This document shows positions 22,517 to 32,357 of a stretch of 64,000 nucleotides of DNA, piece after piece. Within the stretch, counting starts at the first letter, position 1, and each line of letters begins with the position of its first letter. The notes beneath the pieces are model-generated. The model was not told the DNA's origin and made no database searches. It saw only the letters and a list, made by a program, of their open reading frames with translations. A program made the position numbers and the translations under genes. The stretch comes from an uncultured bacterium (GTDB taxonomy: Bacteria; DYJV01): contig CAZBLP010000002.1 in assembly GCA_964492825.1 (NCBI GenBank), positions 1,801 to 65,800 on the forward strand, in the 5' to 3' direction.

Positions 22517-23000
22517 AGAGGATGTAAAGGCTTTAGGTAGCATAGGAGACATTGTTACTGTAAAAGACGGATATGCAAGAAATTATTTGATACCAAAAGG
22601 TCTTGCAGTTAGGGCAAATGAAAAAAATATGAGAGAATTTTTACATCACAAAAGAATGATTGAAAGAAAGTTAAATAAGGTAAAAATCAAAGCAGAGGAA
22701 CTAAAAGCAAAGTTAGAAGAAGTGGAATTAAATATTAAGCAAAAGCTTGGTAAAAGCGGCAAGCTTTTTGGGGCTGTTACGTCACTTATAATTGAAAAAG
22801 AGTTGGCATCCTTTGGCCTTGACATTGACAGAAAGAAAATACTTCTTAGAGAGCCCATAAAGACTCTTGGTAATTTTGAGATTGATGTAAAGTTGCATCC
22901 TGAAGTAATAGCAAAATTAAAAGTAAATGTAATTGACGAAGAGAAAAAAGAAGAGGTTGCTGCAGAAAAAACAAAAGAAGAAGAGGTAGCTGGCAATTAA
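22500..23000 (+). CDS. rplI: 50S ribosomal protein L9
   Basis: [32 protein letters not shown]… L9 N-terminal domain, with a K/E-rich C-terminal tail. Confidence 0.9.
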   Translation: MKIILKEDVKALGSIGDIVTVKDGYARNYLIPKGLAVRANEKNMREFLHHKRMIERKLNKVKIKAEELKAKLEEVELNIKQKLGKSGKLFGAVTSLIIEKELASFGLDIDRKKILLREPIKTLGNFEIDVKLHPEVIAKLKVNVIDEEKKEEVAAEKTKEEEVAGN

Positions 23001-23668
23001 TTTTGCCAGTTATCCTTTGGAATTTTAATTATTTTATTGTCACCTTTAAATGTTTTATCTTTATTCTCTTCTTTACTGGGAAAGATAAGTTTTCTCAATT
23101 CATTGGCATATTTTTGTACAATATAAGGTTTTGAATTAAGAACCTTATTAGCAAATTCAGAAATATTGTCTATTTTTTTTACATTAAGCAGATAGTTTTG
23201 AAGTTTATCAATATTTTCTATTGTTTTTTCAGCATCAACCAACTCAAGGAGAATTAAACAGCCTTGATAGTTTCTTTCGATTTTTCTTAATTCAAGATTT
23301 TTTTCAGCTAGTCCATAACCCATTATAAACATGTGATTTATCTGGCCAAGAGATATAGTCTCCCATTTGGTGTTTTGATTACTTGTCCTAACTATTTTTG
23401 AATAGGGTACAACATCATCTTCAAGCATAAATGGATTGATTTTAGCCACAGAATAAGATTTCGTATAATCATTTTTAAATAAAAAATCTGAAACAATTTT
23501 CAATTCATATTCATTAAACAATTTTGCTACAAATACAGCTTTATTGTGATAATATTCAGGTATTTTATATTTTTTCTTAACTTCCTTCACTTCTTTTTTC
23601 GTAACATTAATTTTTTCCAAATAAAATTTTGAGCCGTCTGTTATTATCACGGAAACTTGGAATCTCAT
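22997..23668 (-). CDS. Hypothetical protein (223 aa)
   Basis: Long ORF with a consistent coding look. No motif recognised. It is co-oriented downstream of the MTA-nucleosidase-family gene. Confidence 0.5.
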   Translation of the reverse strand: MRFQVSVIITDGSKFYLEKINVTKKEVKEVKKKYKIPEYYHNKAVFVAKLFNEYELKIVSDFLFKNDYTKSYSVAKINPFMLEDDVVPYSKIVRTSNQNTKWETISLGQINHMFIMGYGLAEKNLELRKIERNYQGCLILLELVDAEKTIENIDKLQNYLLNVKKIDNISEFANKVLNSKPYIVQKYANELRKLIFPSKEENKDKTFKGDNKIIKIPKDNWQN

Positions 23669-23730
23669 AAGTTATACCTTTTCCAATATTTTTTCCACTG
23701 TATTTTCAGTTCAATAAGATAAACTAAGTT

Positions 23731-24402
23731 TTAGATAAATTCAAGGTAATTATTTACGTATTTTTCAATAAATTGCAAAACCTTTAAACTACTATCACCT
23801 AAAACTTTTTGATAATTTTTTTTATAATCATTAAAAATATTTTCATCACCCTTATCTGTTACAGCCTTAAAAACAAAGCATTTTTTTTTGTTTAATGCAG
23901 ATACTTGCATTACAGCGGAAGCCTCCCAATCACCTATTGATGCATTATATTTTTTTAATAAATTTTCTTTTTTATTTTTGGAATCAATATTTTGGGTACC
24001 TGAAATAATTATACCTTTTTTAATATTTAGTTTTTGTAAAATATTATTGCAAGGTATAGGTACTTCTACTTCAAATTGAGGCTTAAAGTCTCTTGTGGTA
24101 TAAAAATCATATTCTATGGCTTTTGTGCAGAAATAGAGATCTCCTACCTCTGCATCATCTGAAACAGCACCTGCAGAACCAAAATTTATTATTAAAGCTA
24201 TTTCCTTAAAATTATCAATTGAATATTGGAGAAAACTTGCAGTTCTTATTTTGCCAAGTCCGGATTTTGCAACAAAAAATTCCAAATTTTTAAAATTACA
24301 TTTAAAATATTCAAAAGGTTTTTCACCTATGATTTTTGAAACATTACAATGTTTTTTTATAAAATTTACTTCTACATTTAAAGCTGATATAATTAATATC
24401 AT
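23731..24402 (-). CDS. MTA/SAH nucleosidase family protein (MtnN, or futalosine hydrolase MqnB)
   Basis: PNP_UDP_1 fold motifs (…INFGSAGA…, …GDWEASAV…). The start is probably the ATG at 24402 (MILIISALNVE…). The track's upstream extension is hydrophobic and atypical. Confidence 0.65.
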   Translation of the reverse strand: MILIISALNVEVNFIKKHCNVSKIIGEKPFEYFKCNFKNLEFFVAKSGLGKIRTASFLQYSIDNFKEIALIINFGSAGAVSDDAEVGDLYFCTKAIEYDFYTTRDFKPQFEVEVPIPCNNILQKLNIKKGIIISGTQNIDSKNKKENLLKKYNASIGDWEASAVMQVSALNKKKCFVFKAVTDKGDENIFNDYKKNYQKVLGDSSLKVLQFIEKYVNNYLEFI

Positions 24403-24494
24403 AGTTAGATTCTCTTTTAAACAAAGTTGCATTAATTTGCAATAATTTTTTTTTATACTACAAAATAAAAAAATTATGTGATAATGGAAAAACA

Positions 24495-25697
24495 ATGAAG
24501 AATTTGAAAAAACTACTTATTGAAAATGGTATTAATTTTTGTCCTGAAGATGAAATTAAAGGTAGAATAGAGAAATTAACATTGTTTATGCAACAAAAAA
24601 ACATCTCCACAGCAATTATTTTTTCAAAAGTCAATAATTTCTATTTTACCGGCACAAATCAGGAACAGATTTTAGTTGTATATGCTGACAAGCCTCCTAT
24701 TCTTTTTGTTAAGAGAGATGTGGGCAGAGCATATATAGAATCTTCAATTAAGATTATAGAAATTAATTCTTTTAAAGATTTAAAGAAATATATTTATGCT
24801 GAAAAAATAGGTATTGAATATAACTATATTACAGCAACACAATTTTTAAAACTAAAATCTTTTTTTAACGTTGAATTTATTGATATTACTCCTGCGATTT
24901 TCAATATTAGAAGCATTAAATCTGATTACGAGCTTAATTTAATGGGAAAAGCAGGCTCAATTGCTAATAAAGTTTATGTTGAAGCCCTTAATTTTTTAAA
25001 AGAGGGTCTTACAGAGATTGAGTTTGGGAGTATAATGTTTTCTCTTGCCCAAAAATACGGACATGAGGGAGTTCTCAGAACAGGTTCAATTGATTTTGCA
25101 CCGGTTTCCTGGCATATATTAAGCGGAATAAGCGGCACGGTTCATGGCCAATATGATGCACCTGCTTCAGGAATTGGGCTTTCTCCTGCATTTCCAAATA
25201 GTGCAAGTAGAAAAAAAATAAAAAAACATGAACCTATAATGGTTGATTTCGGAATATGTTACTATGGTTATCAAGTTGATGTTACAAGAATGTACTGTAT
25301 TGGAGAGCCTGGTGAAAAATTTGTTCTCTATTATGAAAAAGCAAAAGAGATTGAAAAATATATTTTAAGTAATTTAAGGGAAAATGTTTCTGCTAATGCT
25401 ATTTTTGATATTAGCATAGAAAAAGCTAAAAATTTGAATGTTTATAATGAATTTCTCGGTATAGGCAAAAATAAAAAAAGATTTATAGGGCATGGTGTGG
25501 GACTTGAAACATCAGAAATACCTCTTGTTGCAAAAAATTCAAAACATACAATTACAGATAGAATGACTATAGCAATTGAGCCTAAATTTGTTGTCCCTGG
25601 TTTTGGTATTATTGGTATTGAAAATACAATTGTTTTAAATAGTGGAACTTGTCAAAAATTAACTACAATACCTGAAACTATTTTAAATACCCAATGA
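24495..25697 (+). CDS. Xaa-Pro aminopeptidase / M24-family peptidase with creatinase-like N-terminal domain
   Basis: M24 metal ligands (…DFGICYYGY…D…, HGVGLE…, …ENT…), 400 aa. Confidence 0.75.
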   Translation: MKNLKKLLIENGINFCPEDEIKGRIEKLTLFMQQKNISTAIIFSKVNNFYFTGTNQEQILVVYADKPPILFVKRDVGRAYIESSIKIIEINSFKDLKKYIYAEKIGIEYNYITATQFLKLKSFFNVEFIDITPAIFNIRSIKSDYELNLMGKAGSIANKVYVEALNFLKEGLTEIEFGSIMFSLAQKYGHEGVLRTGSIDFAPVSWHILSGISGTVHGQYDAPASGIGLSPAFPNSASRKKIKKHEPIMVDFGICYYGYQVDVTRMYCIGEPGEKFVLYYEKAKEIEKYILSNLRENVSANAIFDISIEKAKNLNVYNEFLGIGKNKKRFIGHGVGLETSEIPLVAKNSKHTITDRMTIAIEPKFVVPGFGIIGIENTIVLNSGTCQKLTTIPETILNTQ

Positions 25698-27374
25698 TTA
25701 TTTAAGGGGAAATCCGTTCAACAATCTTTGTATTAATTTTTTATCCAAAGGCCTTGAATTAGGATAAATAAAATTTTGTAAAATTTTTCCATTTGTTGTT
25801 GTAATTTTTTCTAATGGAAAATCTATTTGAAAACCATCTTTTTTGGGTTGGAAAGTATTATCAATATTTCCATCTTTTCCAATCATACCATATCCAAGGC
25901 CTAATGATTTTAAATTTTCATGGCACGAAAAGCAGGCTCTTCCATACTTTGTAGTAGTGTGAGGCACGTAAGGAGAAAAATTAAGAAGCATTTTTTTATT
26001 ATTTAATCTTATGTTTAAATTTTTATCTGTCCATGATACATAAAATTGATAATCAGGTCTTACAGGCGAAACTTTTCCTCTTTGGTTAATTCCTAAAATT
26101 GGGTCATCCCATCTTCTGTATGCCCAGCCAAGATACCATACACCTAACTTTTTTTTGCCTGATATATAATCTGTTTCTTTTGGTGGAAGCTGTTTTTCAG
26201 GAATGAAAATATTACCTTTTTTAAACTTACTAATTTCTCCGTAATCACCGAGACTTTTATATAAAATCTCCTGAGTATCAGGAATATTTGTATCTTTTAA
26301 AAATTTCCATTTAAAATATCCTGTAAAATCTTCCCTAATAACATTTATTCCAAAATCCTGAAAACCCCAGATTGAATGACAGGTGTAACATTCAAGATTT
26401 TTGTGAAGTTTATGAGGTAAATTATTCTCATTGATTTTTTTTGCAAATAATTTTTTATTTGAAATTTTTGTAATTAAATATTTTCCGTTTTTATGGCAAT
26501 TTAAACATCTGATTTTTACAGATTCATATTTGAAATTTTTCTGTTTTCCATTACCCATTATCTCTTCTTTCCCATGACAATCTACACAATCCATTCCTTT
26601 TAGAAAATGAATATCTTCCTGTAACCTGTGCTGATAAATCCCATAAATTTTAGAAGGAAATTTACCATTAATAAAAGGTGAACGATAGGTAACAGAATAA
26701 TCATGCTCAAAATAACCTACATAATCCATTCCTGTTCTATTAAAATTATGACAATGCAAGCATTGGGCAGTAGGAATTTTTTTATAGAACCTGTGTTTAT
26801 GTTTTCCATTATTTTTATACAATACATGACAGGCTGAACAACCGGAACTCCTATGTTCGCCAAATCTTTTACTTCCTTCTGTGTTAATATGACATCTTAG
26901 GCAAACTTTTCGAAGAAAATCATCAACCAAAGCTTTTTCAGGTATTTTATCAGTTGCCGAAGTTTTTATTGCAGAAAATTTTTTATAAAAAGTTTTTTGG
27001 GCTCCCCATAAATATCTTGTAATATTAATAATACCGTTATTGGTGCTCATTAAAGAAGTTTTAACATTTAAAATATCTTGCCTATGACAATTAAAGCATT
27101 TTAACTTGACAAATTTCATGTCAGAAGGATTAATTATAATGTTTTTATGTGCTAATTTTTTATCATAAGTTTTGTTATTACCATTATGGCAAAAGGTGCA
27201 TTTGAAATTATGTGTATTATCAAGAGCTGAAATATCATTATGGCAATTTGTGCAGGATGATTTAAATTTAGGTTTGATAAAATTTTTATCAAGTTTGGTA
27301 TCAATGAATTTTATTTCACTGGAAAAGCTTAAGGAATTCAATAAAATTATAATTAGAATAAAAAAAATTCTCAT
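25698..27374 (-). CDS. Decahaem c-type cytochrome, secreted
   Basis: N-terminal signal peptide and ten CxxCH motifs (CTNCH, CTFCH, CFNCH, CLRCH, CSACH, CLHCH, CVDCH, CLNCH, CYTCH, CFSCH). Confidence 0.85.
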   Translation of the reverse strand: MRIFFILIIILLNSLSFSSEIKFIDTKLDKNFIKPKFKSSCTNCHNDISALDNTHNFKCTFCHNGNNKTYDKKLAHKNIIINPSDMKFVKLKCFNCHRQDILNVKTSLMSTNNGIINITRYLWGAQKTFYKKFSAIKTSATDKIPEKALVDDFLRKVCLRCHINTEGSKRFGEHRSSGCSACHVLYKNNGKHKHRFYKKIPTAQCLHCHNFNRTGMDYVGYFEHDYSVTYRSPFINGKFPSKIYGIYQHRLQEDIHFLKGMDCVDCHGKEEIMGNGKQKNFKYESVKIRCLNCHKNGKYLITKISNKKLFAKKINENNLPHKLHKNLECYTCHSIWGFQDFGINVIREDFTGYFKWKFLKDTNIPDTQEILYKSLGDYGEISKFKKGNIFIPEKQLPPKETDYISGKKKLGVWYLGWAYRRWDDPILGINQRGKVSPVRPDYQFYVSWTDKNLNIRLNNKKMLLNFSPYVPHTTTKYGRACFSCHENLKSLGLGYGMIGKDGNIDNTFQPKKDGFQIDFPLEKITTTNGKILQNFIYPNSRPLDKKLIQRLLNGFPLK

Positions 27375-27395
27375 TTTTAAATTTTATTCAATATT

Positions 27396-27409
27396 TTGAT
27401 TTAAGTCAA
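27396..27409. promoter_or_regulatory. Putative FNR/CRP-family (HcpR-like) operator TTGATTTAAGTCAA
   Basis: 14-bp near-palindrome TTGAT-N4-GTCAA in the 105-nt divergent region between the multihaem cytochrome gene and hcp. Confidence 0.35.
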
Positions 27410-27479
27410 TTCTTTTATTGTAAAATTATATTAAGAAAGTTTTAATCTTTAAATAAACAAAAATCAAAAGGAGGATAAA

Positions 27480-29108
27480 ATGTTTTGTTTTCAATGTGAA
27501 CAAACTGCAAAAAATCAAGGATGTGAAAAAGTAGGAGTATGCGGGAAAAAACCCGATGTAGCAGCTCTTCAAGATTTGCTCGTGTATATGCTCAAAGGAT
27601 TATCTGTTGTTGCAAATGAAGGAAGAAAAGTAGGTGTTAATGAAAAAGATGTTAATGTATTTACATGCGAAGCAATGTTTTCTACATTAACCAATGTTGA
27701 TTTTGATCCTGAAAGATTTGTTGAATTAGTAAAAAGAACCTATGAACTTAGAGAAGCTCTAAAGGAAAAGGTTAAAGCAAATGGTGGAACCATTGATGAA
27801 TCTATTGATGCAGTTTCATACAAACCATCAGGCAATAAAGATGAGCTTGTAAAAGAAGGTGAAAAACATGGTGTTAAATCTGACCCTGAACTTGGAGAAG
27901 ATATATTATCATTAAGAGAAACACTTATTTACGGTTTAAAAGGTGTTGCAGCTTATGCTGACCATGCTCAGATTTTAGGGAAAGAAGATGACAGAATTTA
28001 TGCTTTTATGCATGAAGCTTTGGCAAAATCTCTTGATAAAACTTTAAGCATAGAAGATTATCTTGGTTTAGTGCTGAAATGCGGAGAAATAAACCTAATC
28101 ACTATGGAAATTCTTGATGCTGCTAATACAGGAACTTACGGACATCCTGTTCCAACAAAAGTGCCTCTTGGTCACAAAAAAGGTAAGGCTATTCTTGTGT
28201 CTGGCCATGATCTTAAAGATATGGAAGCAATTTTAAAACAAACAGAAGGTAAAGGAATATATGTTTATACACATGGTGAAATGTTGCCATGTCATGGATA
28301 TCCTGAATTAAAAAAATATGAACATTTTTACGGACATTATGGCACAGCATGGCAAAATCAGAAAAAAGAATTTGCTGAATTCCCAGGTTCAATAATTATG
28401 ACAACAAACTGTATTCAGGAGCCACAAGAAGTGTATAAAGATAATATTTTTACAACAGGTCTTGTTGGCTGGCCAGGAGTGACTCATATAACTGATAAAG
28501 ATTTTACTCCAGCTATAAATAGAGCTTTGGAATTGCCAGGTTTTGAAGAAGACTTAGATGCTGGTTCTGTAATGACAGGATTTGCAAGAAATGCAGTGCT
28601 TGGTGTGGCAGATAAGGTAATTGATGCTGTTAAAAACAAGCAGATTAGACACTTCTTTTTAGTTGGAGGCTGTGACGGAGCAAGGGCATCAAGGAGTTAT
28701 TATACTGAATTAGTGGAAAAAATTCCTCAAGATTGTATAGTTCTTACACTTGGTTGCGGTAAATTTAAATTTTTTGATAAAGATTTAGGTGATATTGGCG
28801 GTATACCAAGACTTCTTGATGTTGGCCAGTGTAATGATGCATACTCAGCAATTCAAATAGCTGTTGCTCTTGCAAATGCGTTTAATTGTGGTGTTAATGA
28901 TCTGCCGTTATCTTTGATTCTCTCATGGTATGAGCAAAAAGCTGTTGCGATTTTACTGACTCTTTTACACCTTGGTATTAAAGATGTGAGAATTGGACCA
29001 ACCTTGCCAGCTTTTATATCTCAAAATGTGTTAAATGTACTTGTTGATAAATTTGGATTAAAGCCTGTATCTACAGCTGATGATGATTTAAAAGCTATTC
29101 TTGGATAA
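27480..29108 (+). CDS. hcp: Hydroxylamine reductase / hybrid cluster protein
   Basis: MFCFQCEQTAKNQGCEKVGVCGK N-terminal Cys cluster and 542-aa Hcp-wide similarity. SD AAGGAGG. Confidence 0.95.
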   Translation: MFCFQCEQTAKNQGCEKVGVCGKKPDVAALQDLLVYMLKGLSVVANEGRKVGVNEKDVNVFTCEAMFSTLTNVDFDPERFVELVKRTYELREALKEKVKANGGTIDESIDAVSYKPSGNKDELVKEGEKHGVKSDPELGEDILSLRETLIYGLKGVAAYADHAQILGKEDDRIYAFMHEALAKSLDKTLSIEDYLGLVLKCGEINLITMEILDAANTGTYGHPVPTKVPLGHKKGKAILVSGHDLKDMEAILKQTEGKGIYVYTHGEMLPCHGYPELKKYEHFYGHYGTAWQNQKKEFAEFPGSIIMTTNCIQEPQEVYKDNIFTTGLVGWPGVTHITDKDFTPAINRALELPGFEEDLDAGSVMTGFARNAVLGVADKVIDAVKNKQIRHFFLVGGCDGARASRSYYTELVEKIPQDCIVLTLGCGKFKFFDKDLGDIGGIPRLLDVGQCNDAYSAIQIAVALANAFNCGVNDLPLSLILSWYEQKAVAILLTLLHLGIKDVRIGPTLPAFISQNVLNVLVDKFGLKPVSTADDDLKAILG

Positions 29109-29110
29109 GA

Positions 29111-29139
29111 AAAAAGCCCGGTTTAACCGGGCTTTTTAT
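29111..29139. terminator. Bidirectional rho-independent terminator (hcp / ClC convergent pair)
   Basis: AAAAAAGCCCGGTT-TAA-ACCGGGCTTTTT: a GC-rich hairpin flanked by A-run and T-run. Confidence 0.75.
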
Positions 29140-29170
29140 GTTATAATAAAAGTTTAGTCGAAATATAAAA

Positions 29171-31213
29171 TCAGAAAAGATAACCTTTTAACTTGTCTAT
29201 ATTTTTTTTATTTCCAATAACAATAATAAAATCTTTACTTGTAAAAATAAAATTATCATGTGGAATCAATATTTCATAGTTAGAATCAACTTCTCTTTTA
29301 ATCAATACTACTTCCACATTATATTTGTTTGAAATATTTAACTCTTTAATGTTTTTTCCAATAAATTTAGGCGGTACTTCCAATTCTGCCAAAAATTGTC
29401 CTGGCATAAGCTGTACTTCTTTAAATTTGTCAAGTGAATTTATATAGCTTGAAAATTGATTTAAAGTGTCTCTTTTAAATACTTCCTGATTGTATGCATT
29501 AATAACATTGTTTTTTGAAACAGTGCCAATTATTTTATTATTTTCATCCACTACAGGAACCTCATCTATATTTAACTCTTCAAATGCTTTCATAACAATA
29601 TCCAATGTATCAGTTGAATAAAAGAATTTATTTAAAGGAGTCATAACATCATATGCAACTAAAAGAGGCTCTAAGTTATCTAAATCATTTAAAATATTCC
29701 TGAGCTCATCAATTGATATTACTCCAATTATTTCATTTTTGCTATTAACAACGAAGAAATTATGGTGAGGAGTTGATACTATTAATTCAATAAGATTTTT
29801 TAAAGAAGTATTTGCTAAAACTTTAACAAATTGATTACTTAAAACTTTGGATACCTGTAGAGATTTTAAAATATTTATTTCTTGACCTTTAAGAAGATCT
29901 ATACCTCTTCTTGAAAGTTTTAAAGTATAGATTGAATCTTTTTGTAATCTGCTTGTAATTAATACGCTGATTATACATGAAATCATTAATGGTAGTATAA
30001 TGGTGTAATTGTTTGTAAGCTCAAAAATTATAACTATGGATGTTATTGGAGCGTGCATGGCACCAGCTGCAACAGCACCCATTCCAACGAGAGCATAAGC
30101 GCCAGGAGATGCTATAATATTCGGAAATATATTATGGAATATTGTTCCAACAAATCCCCCTAAATTTGCTCCTATAAATAGAGATGGAGCAAAAACACCA
30201 CCTGAACCGCCTGAGCCTATTGTAACAGAAGTTGCAAAAATTTTCATGAAAATTAATAAAAGCAAAAAATACCATGTTAATTTGCCAGTTAGAGCCAAGC
30301 TAATCGTATCGTATCCTACACCGAAAACATGAGGTAAAGCTATGCCAAGCAACCCTATAAACAAACCACCTATTACCGGCTGAAACATTTCAGGAAATTT
30401 TAATTCTTCAAAAAAGTCTTCAAACCTATATAACACATTTATAAAAAGAAGTGCTGTAAAAGCAGCTAAAAATCCAAGAATTGTATAAGGAATCATTTCG
30501 TAAACAGATAAAAGCTCGTAATTAGGTACAACAAACGCAGGAAAATTCCCAAGAAAGTGCCTTGATACAACGGTAGATGCAACTGATGAAACAACTATAG
30601 GTGAAAATTGTGAAATCCCAAAGTCGCCAAGAATAACTTCCATTGAAAAGAGAGCGCCTGCAATAGGTGCGTTAAAAGTACCTGCTATTCCTGCAGCTGC
30701 ACCGCAGGCAACAAAAGTTCTCAAATGTGAACCTGTAACTTTCAGGAATTGTCCTATTGTAGAGCCGAGAGCTGAGCCAATTTGCACAATAGGGCCTTCT
30801 CTTCCCACTGAACCGCCTGAGCCTATACAAACAGCTGATGCTATTACCTTGGCAATCATTACACGAGGTCTGATAGTCCCTCCTTTAAGTGCAATAGATT
30901 CCATTACTTCTGGAACTCCGTGCCCCTTTGCTTCTCTTGCAAAAAAATAAACAATAGGGCCTACAATTAGTCCTCCTATAGCAGGTGCAAATAGTTTGAC
31001 ATACCATGGTAATGAAAGCACATACTCAAGATTATAATGGAATGTACCGAAGAATAATTTTTGAAAAAATTTGATTGCGTATCTGAAAAATATAGCGCCG
31101 AAACCACCTAACACACCTATGAAAACGGCAACAATAACCATAAAAGTGTGTTCAGGGATATGAAAGCTGTTTTTTTTAATATTAGAAAATTTAACCAAAT
31201 TTTTTAATTGCAT
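29171..31213 (-). CDS. ClC-family voltage-gated chloride channel with C-terminal CBS pair
   Basis: GSGIP/GREGP-type selectivity motifs (GSGGSVGREGP, GxFxP), about 10 TM helices, then CBS domains. Confidence 0.8.
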   Translation of the reverse strand: MQLKNLVKFSNIKKNSFHIPEHTFMVIVAVFIGVLGGFGAIFFRYAIKFFQKLFFGTFHYNLEYVLSLPWYVKLFAPAIGGLIVGPIVYFFAREAKGHGVPEVMESIALKGGTIRPRVMIAKVIASAVCIGSGGSVGREGPIVQIGSALGSTIGQFLKVTGSHLRTFVACGAAAGIAGTFNAPIAGALFSMEVILGDFGISQFSPIVVSSVASTVVSRHFLGNFPAFVVPNYELLSVYEMIPYTILGFLAAFTALLFINVLYRFEDFFEELKFPEMFQPVIGGLFIGLLGIALPHVFGVGYDTISLALTGKLTWYFLLLLIFMKIFATSVTIGSGGSGGVFAPSLFIGANLGGFVGTIFHNIFPNIIASPGAYALVGMGAVAAGAMHAPITSIVIIFELTNNYTIILPLMISCIISVLITSRLQKDSIYTLKLSRRGIDLLKGQEINILKSLQVSKVLSNQFVKVLANTSLKNLIELIVSTPHHNFFVVNSKNEIIGVISIDELRNILNDLDNLEPLLVAYDVMTPLNKFFYSTDTLDIVMKAFEELNIDEVPVVDENNKIIGTVSKNNVINAYNQEVFKRDTLNQFSSYINSLDKFKEVQLMPGQFLAELEVPPKFIGKNIKELNISNKYNVEVVLIKREVDSNYEILIPHDNFIFTSKDFIIVIGNKKNIDKLKGYLF

Positions 31214-31333
31214 TATAGAAAATCACAATCTGAAAAATGTTATTTATTTTATAGTTTTGATATGAATGTTTATTAAATATATAAAAATATATTAAAAAGC
31301 AACCATATTTTTGATATATATAAATAAAATTCT

Positions 31334-31366
31334 TGACAATTTGCCAAAAATATATATTTTACCTAT
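31334..31366 (+). promoter_or_regulatory. Possible sigma70-like promoter for the yggU-like operon
   Basis: TTGACA at 31334, an A/T-rich spacer, then a TATATT-like -10 shortly before the ATG at 31370. The leader is very short. Confidence 0.25.
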
Positions 31367-31369
31367 GCA

Positions 31370-31660
31370 ATGAAATGGTTACAAGAAAAAGAGAATGGTG
31401 TAGTTGTTCAGATTTATGTTATACCAAATGCAAAAAAGACTGAAATTATTGGGCAATATGGAGAGAGCTTAAAAGTAAAAATTTCATCTCCGCCTGTTGA
31501 TGGTGCAGCAAACAGAGAAATTAAAAAATTTTTTTCCAAAATTTTTAATTTAAATAAATCAAAAGTTGAAATTTTACATGGCGAAAAATCTAAAAATAAA
31601 AAAATTTTATTAAAAGATATTACAAAAAGTACAATAGAGAAAGTATTAGGAGGGATATGA
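31370..31660 (+). CDS. YggU-like DUF167 protein
   Basis: …VIPNAKKTEI…LKVKISSPPVDGAANREI… DUF167 signature. Confidence 0.7.
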   Translation: MKWLQEKENGVVVQIYVIPNAKKTEIIGQYGESLKVKISSPPVDGAANREIKKFFSKIFNLNKSKVEILHGEKSKNKKILLKDITKSTIEKVLGGI

Positions 31661-31953
31661 TGCCAATATATGAATACGAATGTACAGAATGCGGAACAAT
31701 AGTTGAGAAAATGCATAAAATCAGTGAAGTTCCTGAAATTAATTGTCCTAAATGTTCTTCGTTAATGAGAAAGCTAATTTCACCATCAGCATTTCATTTA
31801 AAAGGCTCGGGATGGTATGTTACAGATTATGCGAAGAAAAACAGTAGCTCTGTAAATGATAAAAATAAACGAATTACTAAAGATAGCTCCACAAGTAATG
31901 GTAGCTGCCCATCTTGTACTAATGGTTGCAATGTTAAAGCTGCTAACGAATAA
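31657..31953 (+). CDS. FmdB-family zinc-ribbon protein
   Basis: MPIYEYECTECG…(x)…CPKC: two CxxC pairs at the N-terminus and a Ser/Cys-rich tail. Confidence 0.7.
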   Translation: MMPIYEYECTECGTIVEKMHKISEVPEINCPKCSSLMRKLISPSAFHLKGSGWYVTDYAKKNSSSVNDKNKRITKDSSTSNGSCPSCTNGCNVKAANE

Positions 31954-32357
31954 TGAATTATTTTGATTCTGCAATAAAAATTTTCAACAATATAGAATTT
32001 GTAAAAACATTAAAAATTAATCTGCTTGAAATTACAGGAAATACAGCTTTATGTGAATTTACAGTGGAAGAACATCATGCAAATTATATTAAAGGCCTTC
32101 ATGGCGGAGTAGTTGCAGGTGTAGTAGATACCATAGCCTTTTTCCCGGGGAGACTTTTACCTTCAGGTGTTAAATTAACAACTTCCGGATTTGATATAAA
32201 ATTTTTCAGACCTGCGAAAATAGGGGACAAATTAAATGCAAAAGCAGAAATATTATATCTGGGCAGGCGTAGAAGCACTGTAGATGTAAAGGTATTTTTT
32301 AATGAAAATAGTAAAATTTTGGCACAGGCTACAGTTGATTTAATGGTTTTAATATGA
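31953..32357 (+). CDS. PaaI/hotdog-fold thioesterase
   Basis: Hotdog thioesterase motif (…LHGGVVAGVVDT…). Confidence 0.7.
   Translation: MNYFDSAIKIFNNIEFVKTLKINLLEITGNTALCEFTVEEHHANYIKGLHGGVVAGVVDTIAFFPGRLLPSGVKLTTSGFDIKFFRPAKIGDKLNAKAEILYLGRRRSTVDVKVFFNENSKILAQATVDLMVLI

Noticed and set aside
24403-24495. The N-terminal 31 residues the track assigns to the MTA-nucleosidase-family ORF
   Set aside because: The segment MFFHYHIIFLFCSIKKNYCKLMQLCLKENLT is hydrophobic or odd and precedes a canonical MILIISALNVE nucleosidase N-terminus. It is probably untranslated leader read through by the ORF finder.
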